64,000 nt of DNA from Candidatus Spongiisociaceae bacterium (GCA_965219685.1 CBDCOH010000002.1:480001-544000), one strand, 5' to 3'. Shown: positions 9,598 through 19,107, counted from the stretch's first letter. The notes: a model not told the origin generated them from the letters alone. Program-made: numbers and translations.

Positions 9598-10485
9598 CTA
9601 CTCCAGGCCGAACATGACCTCGCGCAGGTTGACCGTGGTGGTGTGGAACCGTTGCGGATCGAGCCTCGCCGAGCCTATGCGGAGGCCCGCCATCCCGTCC
9701 GCGAAGGAGGTGCGTACCCGGAGACCGCTCTCCTCGAACTCGAGGACCCCCAGACCCAGGCATCGGCCACTCCGGTCGTGAATCCCCACGATCAACCGAT
9801 CGAGTCGCGATAGGTCGAAACCGGCCGGAAGGCTGGGGGCGAATACGGTGGGGCGGACCCTCCACCGCTGCAAGGGCTCACTCAGGGCTGCTACGAACCT
9901 CGACGCCCGCAGTTCCATGCGTTCCTCCGGGTTCATGGGAATCAGACCCGCGGGAGCGGCGACCGTCAGGACCTGGGCGGAGAGGAAGCGACGCAGGAGT
10001 CCCACCAGTGGCTCCATCTCGGACCCCCTCTGGAATGCCACCACCACGTCGGGTCGCGTGAGTTCCACCTTGTGGTACTTAAGGGTCTGGCCGGTCACGC
10101 CGGAGATCGTCCCGCTGGTGTCCACGACGATGAGGTCGGCTTCGGCCCGGGCCGACTCCACGAGAGAGGCGACGGCCGCGACCTGAGGCAGCCGGAAGCG
10201 GTCCGGGGCGATTTCCCCTACGAACCGGAGATCGTCGGCTTGAGCAAGCGTCTCCAGGTCGTTGCCGGACCGGAGCCACTTAAGACCCACGCAGGTAGGG
10301 GGTCCCACCGTCGGGTGGGCGAGATCGCTGTCGACGTACGCGACGGTCTGCTCCAGCGAGAGAGCTCTCTCGATGAGTAGCCGGGAGAAGGTCGTCTTCC
10401 CGGTGTCAGGCGCGCCGATCATCATCACCACCCCACCGGTTTCGGCGAGGCGCGCGGCGAGGTCGCTGTGAATCAGATCGCCCAT
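9598..10485 (-). CDS. Clp1/Grc3-family polynucleotide 5'-hydroxyl kinase
   Basis: Walker A GAPDTGKTT, VDSDLAHPTVGPPTCVGL, IVVDTSG, ERMELR lid-like motif. Confidence 0.8.
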   Translation of the reverse strand: MGDLIHSDLAARLAETGGVVMMIGAPDTGKTTFSRLLIERALSLEQTVAYVDSDLAHPTVGPPTCVGLKWLRSGNDLETLAQADDLRFVGEIAPDRFRLPQVAAVASLVESARAEADLIVVDTSGTISGVTGQTLKYHKVELTRPDVVVAFQRGSEMEPLVGLLRRFLSAQVLTVAAPAGLIPMNPEERMELRASRFVAALSEPLQRWRVRPTVFAPSLPAGFDLSRLDRLIVGIHDRSGRCLGLGVLEFEESGLRVRTSFADGMAGLRIGSARLDPQRFHTTTVNLREVMFGLE

Positions 10486-10697
10486 GGTCCAATGGTAAAC
10501 AAGACCGCGGGTGACCGGGTGGATGGGCGTCACCGTGAGAGCGTGTTGGTACGCATCGATAGCTGGTGTGCCCCTGTTTCTGGACTCGGACCCCGGGGCT
10601 GCCAATTCGTGACGAGCCACTCGCGTCGCAAGCGCGAGACCCGAACAGTGCCATGGAGGATGGCAAAGTGACTCGATCTAACGTTAGCCGTCGAGCA

Positions 10698-10742
10698 CCA
10701 ACTAGAAACTACAGACTACCGACTAGGAACTATTCATCTAGG
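10698..10742. repeat. Degenerate (NNNACTA)n heptamer array containing copy 1 of a 22-bp direct repeat
   Basis: ccaacta gaaacta cagacta ccgacta ggaacta; GACTAGGAACTATTCATCTAGG at 10721-10742. Confidence 0.85.
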
Positions 10743-10777
10743 CTGGGGTCGGTCAGTCACCGGAGCGAGTGGGGACG

Positions 10778-11032
10778 ATGGAAGCAGAGATACTCATAAC
10801 CAATCCCGCGGGTCTTCACGCCCGACCAGCCGCCGAGTTCGTGAAACGCGCCAAAGCGTCTCCATCGACGATAAGGGTCACCGCCAACGGTAAGACTGTC
10901 AACGCCAAGAGCATGCTCGGGATACTCAAGCTCGGGGCCACCAAGGGCACTCTCGTCGTCGTCGAGGTGGACGGGGATGACGCTTCCGATCTCATCGCCG
11001 ACTTCACGGCCCTCCTGTCGGTAGAGGGCTGA
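10778..11032 (+). CDS. ptsH: Phosphocarrier protein HPr
   Basis: NPAGLHARPAA (His15) and NAKSMLGI (Ser46) motifs. Confidence 0.97.
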   Translation: MEAEILITNPAGLHARPAAEFVKRAKASPSTIRVTANGKTVNAKSMLGILKLGATKGTLVVVEVDGDDASDLIADFTALLSVEG

Positions 11033-11037
11033 TCCTT

Positions 11038-11122
11038 GTGGTGAGTGGTGAGTGGTGAGTGGTGAATGGTGAACTTAGGTTACTTAACTAACACTTAACA
11101 CCTAACGCCAAACACCTAAACC
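11038..11122. repeat. Paired 7-bp arrays (GTGAGTG/GTGAATG)n and degenerate (CTAACAC)n
   Basis: Seen directly between convergent ptsH and ptsI. Confidence 0.9.
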
Positions 11123-11123
11123 T

Positions 11124-12818
11124 TCAGACTTCGCTCACGATCCGTCTTACCTCGGTCGCGTCGGCGGCGGCCAGGGACAGGTCGGCGAGCCGGCGGCACG
11201 TGCCAAGGTCAAGGGAGCGGACCCTGTCCTTGATGGTGGGAACGGCCGGAATCGCTACCGAGAGTTCCGTCACGCCCAAGCCGATCAGTATCGGGACGGC
11301 GAGGGGGTCACCGGCCATCGCTCCGCACACACCCACCCAGCAACCGGAGGAACGGGCCGCGGAAGTGGTCTCAGCGATGAGTCGGAGCACAGCCGGGTCG
11401 AATGAGTCGGCCCGATGGGCGACCTCCCGGTTGGTGCGGTCCACTGCCAGGGTGTATTGGGTGAGATCGTTCGTTCCGATCGAGAAGAAGTCGACGTCGG
11501 TCGCCAGCCGGGAGGCCACTAGGGCCGCCGAGGGAACCTCGATCATTATCCCCACCTGGTAGTCGGTGGCATACTCCAGGCCGTCGCGATCCAGCGACTC
11601 CTCGGCCTCCGCCAGGGCTGCACGGAAGTCCAACACATCGGCCCTTCCCGCCACCATGGGCGCCATGATCGCGAGCCGTCCCTCTGTGCCTGCCCTCAGC
11701 AGGGCCCTCAGCTGGTCTTGCATCAGGTGCGGGCGGGCCAAGGCCAGCCGGATGCCTCGCAGGCCTAGGAAGGGATTGAGTTCCTCTCCGATCTCGATAC
11801 CGGGAACCTGCTTGTCCCCGCCTACGTCGAGGGTGCGAACCACCACCAGCTCATTCCCGAAGGTGGAGAGAACCGTACGGTACGCCTCGTACTGCTCGTC
11901 CTCGTCGACCGGGCGGCTCCTGTCGAGGAACAGGAACTCGGTCCGGAACAGGCCGACACCCTCCGCGCCCAGGGAGATTGCACGCGCCGCGTCCTGATCG
12001 GATCCGATGTTGGCCGCGACCTCGATCCTGGTCCCGTCCGATGTCACCGCCGCTTCGCCTGCTCGGAGGGCAGCGCCCGCCTGCGCTTTCCGCTCCTTGG
12101 ACTGCCGCTTCCTCAACGACTCCAGCGCCTCGTCGGAGGGATCTATGTAGACCTTGCCGGTGGTCCCGTCGAAGGCCATCGTGGTACCCGGCTCGAGGTC
12201 CGGAAGATCGACTCCCACCACTGCGGGGAGGTCCATTCCCCGGGCGAACACGGCTATGTGGGAAGTGGCGCTTCCCTCCGCTGTGCACAGGCCGATCGCC
12301 ATGCCGGGAGGGATGGTGGCTGTCTCGGAAGGGAAGAAGTCCGATGCCACCAGTACCGATGGGACATCCAGGTTGTCCCAGGTGTCCAGAGGCAGCCCCA
12401 GCACCGATCTCAGCAGCTGGTTCCCGACATCGCGAACGTCTGCGGCTCGGGCGGCCAGGTACTCGTCGTCCAGGGACTCCAGCATCCCTGCTGACTCCTC
12501 GGTCACCTGGAGAACGGCCGCTTCGACGCACAAGGACTCGAACTCGATGCGCTCCCGGATCTCACCGGTGAACTCGGGATCCTCAAGAAGCAGGAGGTGA
12601 GCGCCGATGACAGCGGCCTCCTCAGACTCGTCGCCGTGTGCCTCCTGAAGCCCCTCAAGCCTGGTTCGGACGAGCGCCTCGCTGCTGGTCAGGGTATTCA
12701 CTTCGGCCTCCGGATCGTCTACCCGGCGCGGGGTGACATCGGGGAGGCTGGAGGTGTGCAGGTAGACGGGTCCGATCGCGATGCCGGGCGAGGCGCCGAT
12801 CCCGGTTCTCTCGATCAA
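11124..12818 (-). CDS. ptsI: PTS enzyme I (PEP-protein phosphotransferase)
   Basis: GSATSHIAV phospho-His, GVGLFRTEFLF, VRTLDVGGDK, FFSIGTNDLTQY. Confidence 0.97.
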   Translation of the reverse strand: MIERTGIGASPGIAIGPVYLHTSSLPDVTPRRVDDPEAEVNTLTSSEALVRTRLEGLQEAHGDESEEAAVIGAHLLLLEDPEFTGEIRERIEFESLCVEAAVLQVTEESAGMLESLDDEYLAARAADVRDVGNQLLRSVLGLPLDTWDNLDVPSVLVASDFFPSETATIPPGMAIGLCTAEGSATSHIAVFARGMDLPAVVGVDLPDLEPGTTMAFDGTTGKVYIDPSDEALESLRKRQSKERKAQAGAALRAGEAAVTSDGTRIEVAANIGSDQDAARAISLGAEGVGLFRTEFLFLDRSRPVDEDEQYEAYRTVLSTFGNELVVVRTLDVGGDKQVPGIEIGEELNPFLGLRGIRLALARPHLMQDQLRALLRAGTEGRLAIMAPMVAGRADVLDFRAALAEAEESLDRDGLEYATDYQVGIMIEVPSAALVASRLATDVDFFSIGTNDLTQYTLAVDRTNREVAHRADSFDPAVLRLIAETTSAARSSGCWVGVCGAMAGDPLAVPILIGLGVTELSVAIPAVPTIKDRVRSLDLGTCRRLADLSLAAADATEVRRIVSEV

Positions 12819-12912
12819 CGTGACCGCCCGGCGAGCGCTTCGGTAGTAGCGGCGAGCCGCTCGCTGGGCGCCTCATGGCGTTCGTCTCTCACTCCCGTTA
12901 GACGGTAGCGCA

Positions 12913-13755
12913 TCACGAGGCTCCGTTGTCGCGCAGTGTCTCGATGAAGCTGTGGTGGATGGACCCGTTGCTGGCCACCACGAACGGATCGGAGGGCCCG
13001 ACGGGATCGCCGAGCTGATTGGTGACCGTCCCGCCCGCCTCCATGACGAGGAGCGTGCCTGCGCCCATGTCCCAGGGGGAGAGGTCCTCCTCCCAATAGC
13101 CATCCATCTTTCCGCAGGCCACCATGCACATATCGAGGGATGCCGCACCCAGCCGCCGGATTCCCTGAGCTGCCGCCAGGACCCTGCGGAAGCGGGTATC
13201 GCAGATCTCGACCCGTTGCCCTCTGTCATACGGGAAGCCGGTGGTGACCAGCGCCTCGTCGAAGTTCTTGACGGTGCTGACCACGATGGGTGTGCCGTTC
13301 ACCCGGGCGCCGGCCCCGGCCACCGCCGTGTACTCGTCCCCGTTCATCGCGTCCACCACGACTCCCACGGTCGGGGCGTCATCGATCCAGAGAGCCACCG
13401 ACACACCCATCCAGGGGAACCCGTGGATGAAGTTGGTGGTGCCGTCCAAAGGGTCGACCAGCCATACCCTTCCCGAACCGGGTAGGCTGCCGCCCCACTC
13501 CTCGCTGACCACCGGGTCCCGCTCCCGATGCAGGGTCAGCAGGTCGAGGATGGCTCGCTCCGATCGGTGGTCCACTTCCGTGACCGGATCGGCGTCCGCC
13601 TTGAAGGCGACCTCGGTCGGTTGTTTCAATCCCGAAGCTACCGCGGCGGCGCCGGCGCGGGCCGCGATCAGCGCGACCTGCAGATCGGACGCAGCGCTCC
13701 GCGAAGACGTGTGATCGGCGCCGGGTCCCGAGCTGTCACCCGGCCGGCTAGGCAT
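12913..13755 (-). CDS. Inositol monophosphatase (SuhB-like) family phosphatase
   Basis: DPVTEVD, SEE, WLVDPLDGTTNF, WDMGAG..LVMEAGG. Confidence 0.92.
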   Translation of the reverse strand: MPSRPGDSSGPGADHTSSRSAASDLQVALIAARAGAAAVASGLKQPTEVAFKADADPVTEVDHRSERAILDLLTLHRERDPVVSEEWGGSLPGSGRVWLVDPLDGTTNFIHGFPWMGVSVALWIDDAPTVGVVVDAMNGDEYTAVAGAGARVNGTPIVVSTVKNFDEALVTTGFPYDRGQRVEICDTRFRRVLAAAQGIRRLGAASLDMCMVACGKMDGYWEEDLSPWDMGAGTLLVMEAGGTVTNQLGDPVGPSDPFVVASNGSIHHSFIETLRDNGAS

Positions 13756-14054
13756 CAGCGCCGGCGGGGCAGGTCGGCCGCTTTCAGGAGGGAGCCGTTG
13801 GCGTCGAGAATGCCGATCTTGGTTCCGATGGTGGCGGGGCTGGCCGCGAACAGGTCGGCGCGGTTGATGATCAGGTATCGATAGCCTTCAAGCGGGCGGA
13901 GTCTCTTGACGGTCTTCTTGATCTGCTTGTGGTCGGCCGCGATACCGAGGGAACCTCTCGAGCAGATCAGATCGGCGTGCCCGCTCGGGTCCGGCTCGGC
14001 TGACAGCTTGTTCACCATGGCCTGGCGCAACTGGTCGTGGGTCATTCGGGACAT
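13755..14054 (-). CDS. Hypothetical protein (99 aa)
   Basis: Plausible codon usage; stop overlaps the IMPase start; no family recognised. Confidence 0.6.
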   Translation of the reverse strand: MSRMTHDQLRQAMVNKLSAEPDPSGHADLICSRGSLGIAADHKQIKKTVKRLRPLEGYRYLIINRADLFAASPATIGTKIGILDANGSLLKAADLPRRR

Positions 14055-14115
14055 TTTTTCACCTGGGAGACTGGGATTGCGTGCCCATCATATCGGGGGA
14101 AGGTCAGGGCGCAGG

Positions 14116-15222
14116 CTAGGGCATCCGCGATCGGAGCATCTCCGTCAGCTGTCCGTTCGGATCCGGTCCGAGGACAGACTCCCACCCTCCTGCGTCCAGG
14201 GCAAGCACCAGATCGTCCACACCGTCCACCCGGTCGTCGCTCAAGGTCAGGCCGGCCGCGATGGCGTCGCACAGGGCGTCGACAGGCAAACCCCTCCGAG
14301 CCGCTTCGCGTGCCGGGCCGACCAGGCGTTCGCCTGGCCCCAGCTTGATCAACGGGTTACGCGCCACCCGCCGGACGGGATCCACCAGGGCGGTGTTGGC
14401 GAATCTCTCCAGGTTGGAACGGCCGTAGTCCACGAGATCACCCGCGTTCCACTCTCCGGACCGGCCGGCGAGGACCGCGGCCATCGCCTCGAGCATCTCC
14501 TCCAGGCGGGTGCGGATGCCAGGATCGGAGACCGCTTGGGCGATCGTCTCATGACCTGCCTGCAAACCGAGAAAGGCCGACGCGGCGTGCAGTCCGTTGA
14601 CCAGCCACAGCTTTCTCGTCCGGTACACGCCCAGGTTGTGCACCAACTCCAGGCCGGCTACCCGGGGCGGGCGCCCGATCCATGCATCTGCGGCCACCTT
14701 GAACTCGAAGCTGGACTCCACCTCGACCGACAGGTCTGGGCCGGCCGAGCCCGGCACCACCCGGTCGACGAGGGTCTCCGGGAAACCCACCTCCGGCACC
14801 TGACCGATGAGGCTCTCCACGTGGTGCCGTAGCAGCGCCGTGTTGGGGTCGGCGTTCTCGCAGGCCAGAACGTTGCGGATCCGGCTGTCTCCCCTGCGGA
14901 GGGCTGCTGCGATGGTCGGGGCCACCCTTTCGAGTATCCGGGGTCCCACCGCGGTACACACCAGTTCTGCCGAGGCAGTGGCGGCCGCGGCCCTGTCGGT
15001 GTCAGTCCCGTCGACTCCGCTGACCCTCTCGATCAACTCCGAGGACCGGCCGCCGTGCTCCACCACGATCACCCGGTAGGACCTCCGGCGGTTCAGAAGA
15101 CCCACGAGTCCGGGCGCGACGTCCACGAATACCACTTCCCAACCGGCCCGGCCGAACAGCCATCCCAGCAGGCCCCTTCCTATGTTGCCGGCGCCGAAGA
15201 CGACGACACGTCGCCCGGTCAC
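14116..15222 (-). CDS. mtlD: Mannitol-1-phosphate 5-dehydrogenase
   Basis: VFGAGNIGRGLLG, CTAVG, ACEN, VDRVVP, RKLWLVNGLH, RVARNPLIKLGPGERLVGP; GTG start overlaps the EIIA stop. Confidence 0.92.
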   Translation of the reverse strand: MTGRRVVVFGAGNIGRGLLGWLFGRAGWEVVFVDVAPGLVGLLNRRRSYRVIVVEHGGRSSELIERVSGVDGTDTDRAAAATASAELVCTAVGPRILERVAPTIAAALRRGDSRIRNVLACENADPNTALLRHHVESLIGQVPEVGFPETLVDRVVPGSAGPDLSVEVESSFEFKVAADAWIGRPPRVAGLELVHNLGVYRTRKLWLVNGLHAASAFLGLQAGHETIAQAVSDPGIRTRLEEMLEAMAAVLAGRSGEWNAGDLVDYGRSNLERFANTALVDPVRRVARNPLIKLGPGERLVGPAREAARRGLPVDALCDAIAAGLTLSDDRVDGVDDLVLALDAGGWESVLGPDPNGQLTEMLRSRMP

Positions 15223-15665
15223 TCCGCGGGGGAGGAGAGGACCTCCCGGACGTACCCGGCGTCGGTTGTGGCGGCCAGGCGGGCGCACAACTCCTCGTCG
15301 TCCAGGACGTCGGCCAGATGGGACATCACCGCCAGGTGTTCCTCGCCGATGGCAGCCAGCCCGAACACAAGGAATGCGACGTCGTCCTCGTCGCCCCATG
15401 GGACTCCGGCCGGATACTGGGCTAGGACCAGGGCTGTGCGCCTGATCAGGCCACGATCCTCGTATGTGCAGTGGGGGAGGGCGATCCCGTTGCCCAGATA
15501 GGTCGAGATAACCGCCTCCCTGGCAAGCATCGACTCCCCGTAGCCATCCTCCACGGCCCCCAGGTCGGACAACATTCCCGACACCCGAGCCACGGCCTCT
15601 TCCAGGGTCGAACCCTCCTCGCCCAGGGTGATGGCCTCGACCGCGGTAACGGATTCTGCAGTCAT
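15219..15665 (-). CDS. mtlF: PTS EIIA component, mannitol/fructose family
   Basis: REAVISTYLGNGIALPH, GVPWG, AAIGEEHL. Confidence 0.9.
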   Translation of the reverse strand: MTAESVTAVEAITLGEEGSTLEEAVARVSGMLSDLGAVEDGYGESMLAREAVISTYLGNGIALPHCTYEDRGLIRRTALVLAQYPAGVPWGDEDDVAFLVFGLAAIGEEHLAVMSHLADVLDDEELCARLAATTDAGYVREVLSSPAE

Positions 15666-15678
15666 GTCCCGTTACCTC

Positions 15679-16002
15679 TCAGATTCCCTCGACGTCGGCG
15701 CCTGCGGACAGGTCGGCGACCAGTTTGACCAGGGACGGGTCGTTGAAGAAGATCTTGAACGGGACCACCGCCGCCTCGGGTGCGACCTGTTTCACCCGGG
15801 AAGCCAACCCTGCATGGGTGACCACCACATCGGCGCCTGCCGGTATGTCGTGAACCGGCGCGTGGCTGACCTTGATCTTGAGTTTGGCCTTCTTGAGCTT
15901 CTTCTTGAGGAAGTTCGTGACCATGAGGCTCGAGCCCATCCCTGCCTCGCACGCCAGGACGATCCAGCTGACATCCGAGGCCGCCTTCGTTACTGAACTC
16001 AT
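15679..16002 (-). CDS. Standalone PTS EIIB component, mannitol family
   Basis: IVLACEAGMGSS phospho-Cys motif. Confidence 0.9.
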   Translation of the reverse strand: MSSVTKAASDVSWIVLACEAGMGSSLMVTNFLKKKLKKAKLKIKVSHAPVHDIPAGADVVVTHAGLASRVKQVAPEAAVVPFKIFFNDPSLVKLVADLSAGADVEGI

Positions 16003-16023
16003 GTTGATGATCCTTCTGTTCGC

Positions 16024-16062
16024 AAAGTGGAAGAGCCTCCCCGAGGGAGGCTCTTCCACTTT
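16024..16062. terminator. Perfect 18-bp inverted repeat between the EIIC and EIIB genes (terminator or mRNA stabiliser)
   Basis: AAAGTGGAAGAGCCTCCC-CGA-GGGAGGCTCTTCCACTTT. Confidence 0.7.
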
Positions 16063-16081
16063 AGAGAGTTGCTTGTGGTGT

Positions 16082-17176
16082 TCAGCCCGTGGGGATGCTG
16101 GGCATGGTACCGATCATCTCGTCGGTTCCCTCCTGCTCCTTGACGGGAGATATCCGCAGCAACAGCGTTCCTACCACGAAGGCAGCGGCTGCTGCGGCCA
16201 GAACCCCTAAGAGGACCCCGAAGTGTTGTCCTCTCGGTATCACCGCGAGGTAGGCGAAGATCGAACCCGGTGAAGGCGTTGCGGTCAGCCCCGCATCGAA
16301 TATCACGAAGATGATGTCGGCGAGGATACCTCCGGCCCACACGGACAGGATCATGATGGGGTGCATGAGGATGTACGGGAAGTAGACCTCATGGATTCCA
16401 CCGAAGAAGTGGATCACGATCGCGCCGGGTGCCGACAGCTTGGCCAGGCCCTTGCCGGCGAACCAGTAGGCCAGCAGCAATCCCAGTCCGGGTCCCGGGT
16501 TGGTCTCGAGCAGGAAGTAGATCGAGCGCCCGGTCTCCGCGGTATCGGCGACGCCCAGCGGACCGAGCACCCCGTGATTGATGGCGTTGTTCAGGAACAA
16601 CACCTTCCCCACTTCGATCGGGATGTCCGCCAGCGGTAGCAGCCCGGCGTCGGTGATCCCCTCGACCAGGTTCCCGAAGAAGGTTGCGATCGCGGCCATG
16701 ATCGGACCGATGATCCACTTGCCGAGAATGGCCAGGATGAAGCCGAGGATTCCGGCCGAGAAGTTGTTGTACAGCATCTCGAACCCGACTGCGACCTTGT
16801 CCTCGAAGGCCTCGTCGATCTTCATGAGGATCCAGGCGGCCAGGGGACCGACCAGCATCGCGCCGAGGAACTGGGGCGGATCGCCCGTGGCGCCGCTTGC
16901 AAGTTCGAAATCGGCGCCCACGATGATTCCCATCGTGGCAATGGCGCCCATCACCCCTCCACGGTGCCCGTACACCATCTTGCCTCCTGTGAACCCGATC
17001 AGTACGGGCAGCAGGTATACGATGATCGGGCCGACCAACTCGGAGAGACTCTCGTTGGGTGTCCATCCGGTGGGAATGAAAAAGGCGGTGATCAGTCCCC
17101 AGGCGAGAATCGCGCCGATGTTGGGGATGACCATGCCCGCCATATACCCTCCGAACTTCTGCAGACGTGCAAGCAT
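16082..17176 (-). CDS. mtlA: PTS mannitol transporter EIIC
   Basis: QKFGGYMAGMVIPNIGA..AWGLITAFFIPTGW, KVLFLNNAINHG, ETNPGPGLG, GGIHEVYFPY. Confidence 0.95.
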   Translation of the reverse strand: MLARLQKFGGYMAGMVIPNIGAILAWGLITAFFIPTGWTPNESLSELVGPIIVYLLPVLIGFTGGKMVYGHRGGVMGAIATMGIIVGADFELASGATGDPPQFLGAMLVGPLAAWILMKIDEAFEDKVAVGFEMLYNNFSAGILGFILAILGKWIIGPIMAAIATFFGNLVEGITDAGLLPLADIPIEVGKVLFLNNAINHGVLGPLGVADTAETGRSIYFLLETNPGPGLGLLLAYWFAGKGLAKLSAPGAIVIHFFGGIHEVYFPYILMHPIMILSVWAGGILADIIFVIFDAGLTATPSPGSIFAYLAVIPRGQHFGVLLGVLAAAAAAFVVGTLLLRISPVKEQEGTDEMIGTMPSIPTG

Positions 17177-17277
17177 CCGACCTCCCTGATTGAGAATGCT
17201 TAATCCGATAAACACTAGGTGAGATCCGGCGGGGCTTGCAACTCTTTTCGCGACCTCCGATAGGTGGCTTCGGTCCT

Positions 17278-17934
17278 TCAGGTGCGTGTGATCGTCCGGT
17301 AGGCGGCGGCCCAGGTGGTCGATGCCAGGGCGAGCGCCGGTGTGCCCAGCACCAGCATGCCGATGACGCCCATCGGGGTCCTGCTCGACACGTAGAGCGC
17401 CGCTCCGGCCGGACCGAAGAGAAGCAAACAGATGAGGACGAGCCGAAGGAGCCGGACCCGGTTGCCGCGGGTCAGTTCGGAACTGAGCGCCAGCGCCTCG
17501 AATCCTGCTGCCTTGCGCTCGACTATGAGGAAGGCGTAGAGGCTGTAGATCATCAGCACCATGATCCCGGGCACGACCAGGAAAACGGTTCCGACCGCCA
17601 CCGTGAAGAGGAAAGCCACCGAGGCTCTGACGAACCCGTCGCGAGCCCACCAGTCATCCCCTGAGACCCCGGCCTGCCGGCCGGGCGAGACGGTGGACAG
17701 GGCGGTCCTCGCCAGCGGCCAGGCCGCGTAGCCGCCTAGAGCCAGTCCCAGAAGCCACACCACCAGGTGAGTCCAAAAGTTGTCCGTCGCCTGCCGGATC
17801 AGGAGAACCGCGGTCGGGACGGCCATCACAGAGGCGGAGCGCACCAGAAGGGAGAAGGGACTCCGGCCGAACCCGGCCAAGCCGTCGCCGAAAACGGTAC
17901 CGACGCGGAAAACCGGGGGTTCTCTTCTGGGCAT
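17278..17934 (-). CDS. Hypothetical membrane protein
   Basis: Several hydrophobic segments; LVVPGI and FEALALSSELTRGN pattern common in uncharacterised membrane proteins. Confidence 0.7.
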   Translation of the reverse strand: MPRREPPVFRVGTVFGDGLAGFGRSPFSLLVRSASVMAVPTAVLLIRQATDNFWTHLVVWLLGLALGGYAAWPLARTALSTVSPGRQAGVSGDDWWARDGFVRASVAFLFTVAVGTVFLVVPGIMVLMIYSLYAFLIVERKAAGFEALALSSELTRGNRVRLLRLVLICLLLFGPAGAALYVSSRTPMGVIGMLVLGTPALALASTTWAAAYRTITRT

Positions 17935-18232
17935 GTTGGACCTTCGAAGCGTGCAACCTAGGCTAGTTCGGCCGGGGCTAGGACCCGGCAGGCGCCTTGG
18001 AGCCTTGTGTCTATACGACTAGCTCCAGGGGATCCGACCGGGCGTCACCATACTCTGCGATCGCTACACAACGCTGTGTAACACATCTGTAGCTTGTGTG
18101 CATCTGTTCCTGGACTCAAACCCCTGACTGCCAGTTTTCGTGAAGAGCCGCCTCGGCGTAACCGCGTGACCGAACAGCGCTATAGAGAGCGGCAGATAAG
18201 TCGAGCTAACGCTAACTACCGACAACTATATA

Positions 18233-18270
18233 TCAACTAACGACTATAGACTAGGAACTAATCATCTAGG
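18233..18270. repeat. Degenerate (NNNACTA)n heptamer array containing copy 2 of the 22-bp direct repeat
   Basis: tcaacta acgacta tagacta ggaacta; GACTAGGAACTAATCATCTAGG at 18249-18270. Confidence 0.85.
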
Positions 18271-18278
18271 AGGGTGGC

Positions 18279-19094
18279 ATGACCGGGAGACTTCCCCGAC
18301 CCATCACCTTCATGTCCGATTTCGGTTGGGATGACGAATTCGTCGGCGTGGTACACGGAGTGATCGCGACGCTGGCGCCGCCGTGCCGGGTGATCGACCT
18401 CAACCACCGGATCCCCAGGGGAGATGTCCGATCGGGTGCGCTGGCGTTGCTCCGGGCGGTCCAGTACATGCCGACCGGAGTGATCCTGGCGGTGGTGGAT
18501 CCCGGTGTGGGGACGGGACGGAGGGCCGTGGCGTTGGATACCCCCTGGGGGTACCTGGTCGGTCCTGACAACGGGCTCCTGTCGCCCGCCGCGGCTCTCT
18601 TGGGCGGGGTCACGTCGGCTTTCTCGATCGAGAACCCCGACGTGCTGCTCCCGTCGACCGGTCGGACCTTCGAAGGCCGGGACCGCTTCGCACCGGCCGC
18701 GGCGGTGCTGGCGTCGGGTGAGGCATCCCTCGCCGACCTGGGCCCGCAGGTCGATCCCCACACACTCACCCCTCTGTTGCTGCCGCTGTCCGAGGTGTCG
18801 GACGGGCAGGTCGCCGGCCAGGCCTGGTGGGTGGACACGTATGGCAACGTCCAGACCAACATCTCCCCCGAGGACCTGGGGGAAGCCGGGATGTCGCCGG
18901 GGGAGCGCCTGGTCGTGAGGGTGGGCCTGATGCGCTACAACGTTCCCTGGGCCCGGACCTACTCCGACGTCGGGGAGGGTCGACCGCTGCTATACGTCGA
19001 CTCGGCGGGCCTGATGGCGCTCGCCGTCCGTGGCGGCCGCGCCAGCGAGCATTTCACCCTGGGATTGGATACATCCTTAGTTATTAGCTGTTAG
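18279..19094 (+). CDS. SAM hydroxide adenosyltransferase (DUF62; chlorinase/fluorinase superfamily)
   Basis: ITFMSDFG, AVVDPGVGT.RR, VGPDNGLL, TFEGRDRFAP, VDTYGNVQTN. Confidence 0.9.
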   Translation: MTGRLPRPITFMSDFGWDDEFVGVVHGVIATLAPPCRVIDLNHRIPRGDVRSGALALLRAVQYMPTGVILAVVDPGVGTGRRAVALDTPWGYLVGPDNGLLSPAAALLGGVTSAFSIENPDVLLPSTGRTFEGRDRFAPAAAVLASGEASLADLGPQVDPHTLTPLLLPLSEVSDGQVAGQAWWVDTYGNVQTNISPEDLGEAGMSPGERLVVRVGLMRYNVPWARTYSDVGEGRPLLYVDSAGLMALAVRGGRASEHFTLGLDTSLVISC

Positions 19095-19104
19095 ATGTTG
19101 GGGA
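19077..19104. repeat. Degenerate (TTAGNNN)n heptamer array
   Basis: ttagtta ttagctg ttagatg ttgggga overlapping the end of the DUF62 gene. Confidence 0.7.
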
Positions 19105-19107
19105 GCG

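Noticed and set aside
18279-19094. Halogenase (fluorinase or chlorinase)
   Set aside because: Motifs identify only the superfamily; the common DUF62 hydrolase is the default and there is no biosynthetic cluster context. The usual TFHGRD reads TFEGRD here, which I cannot interpret without an alignment.
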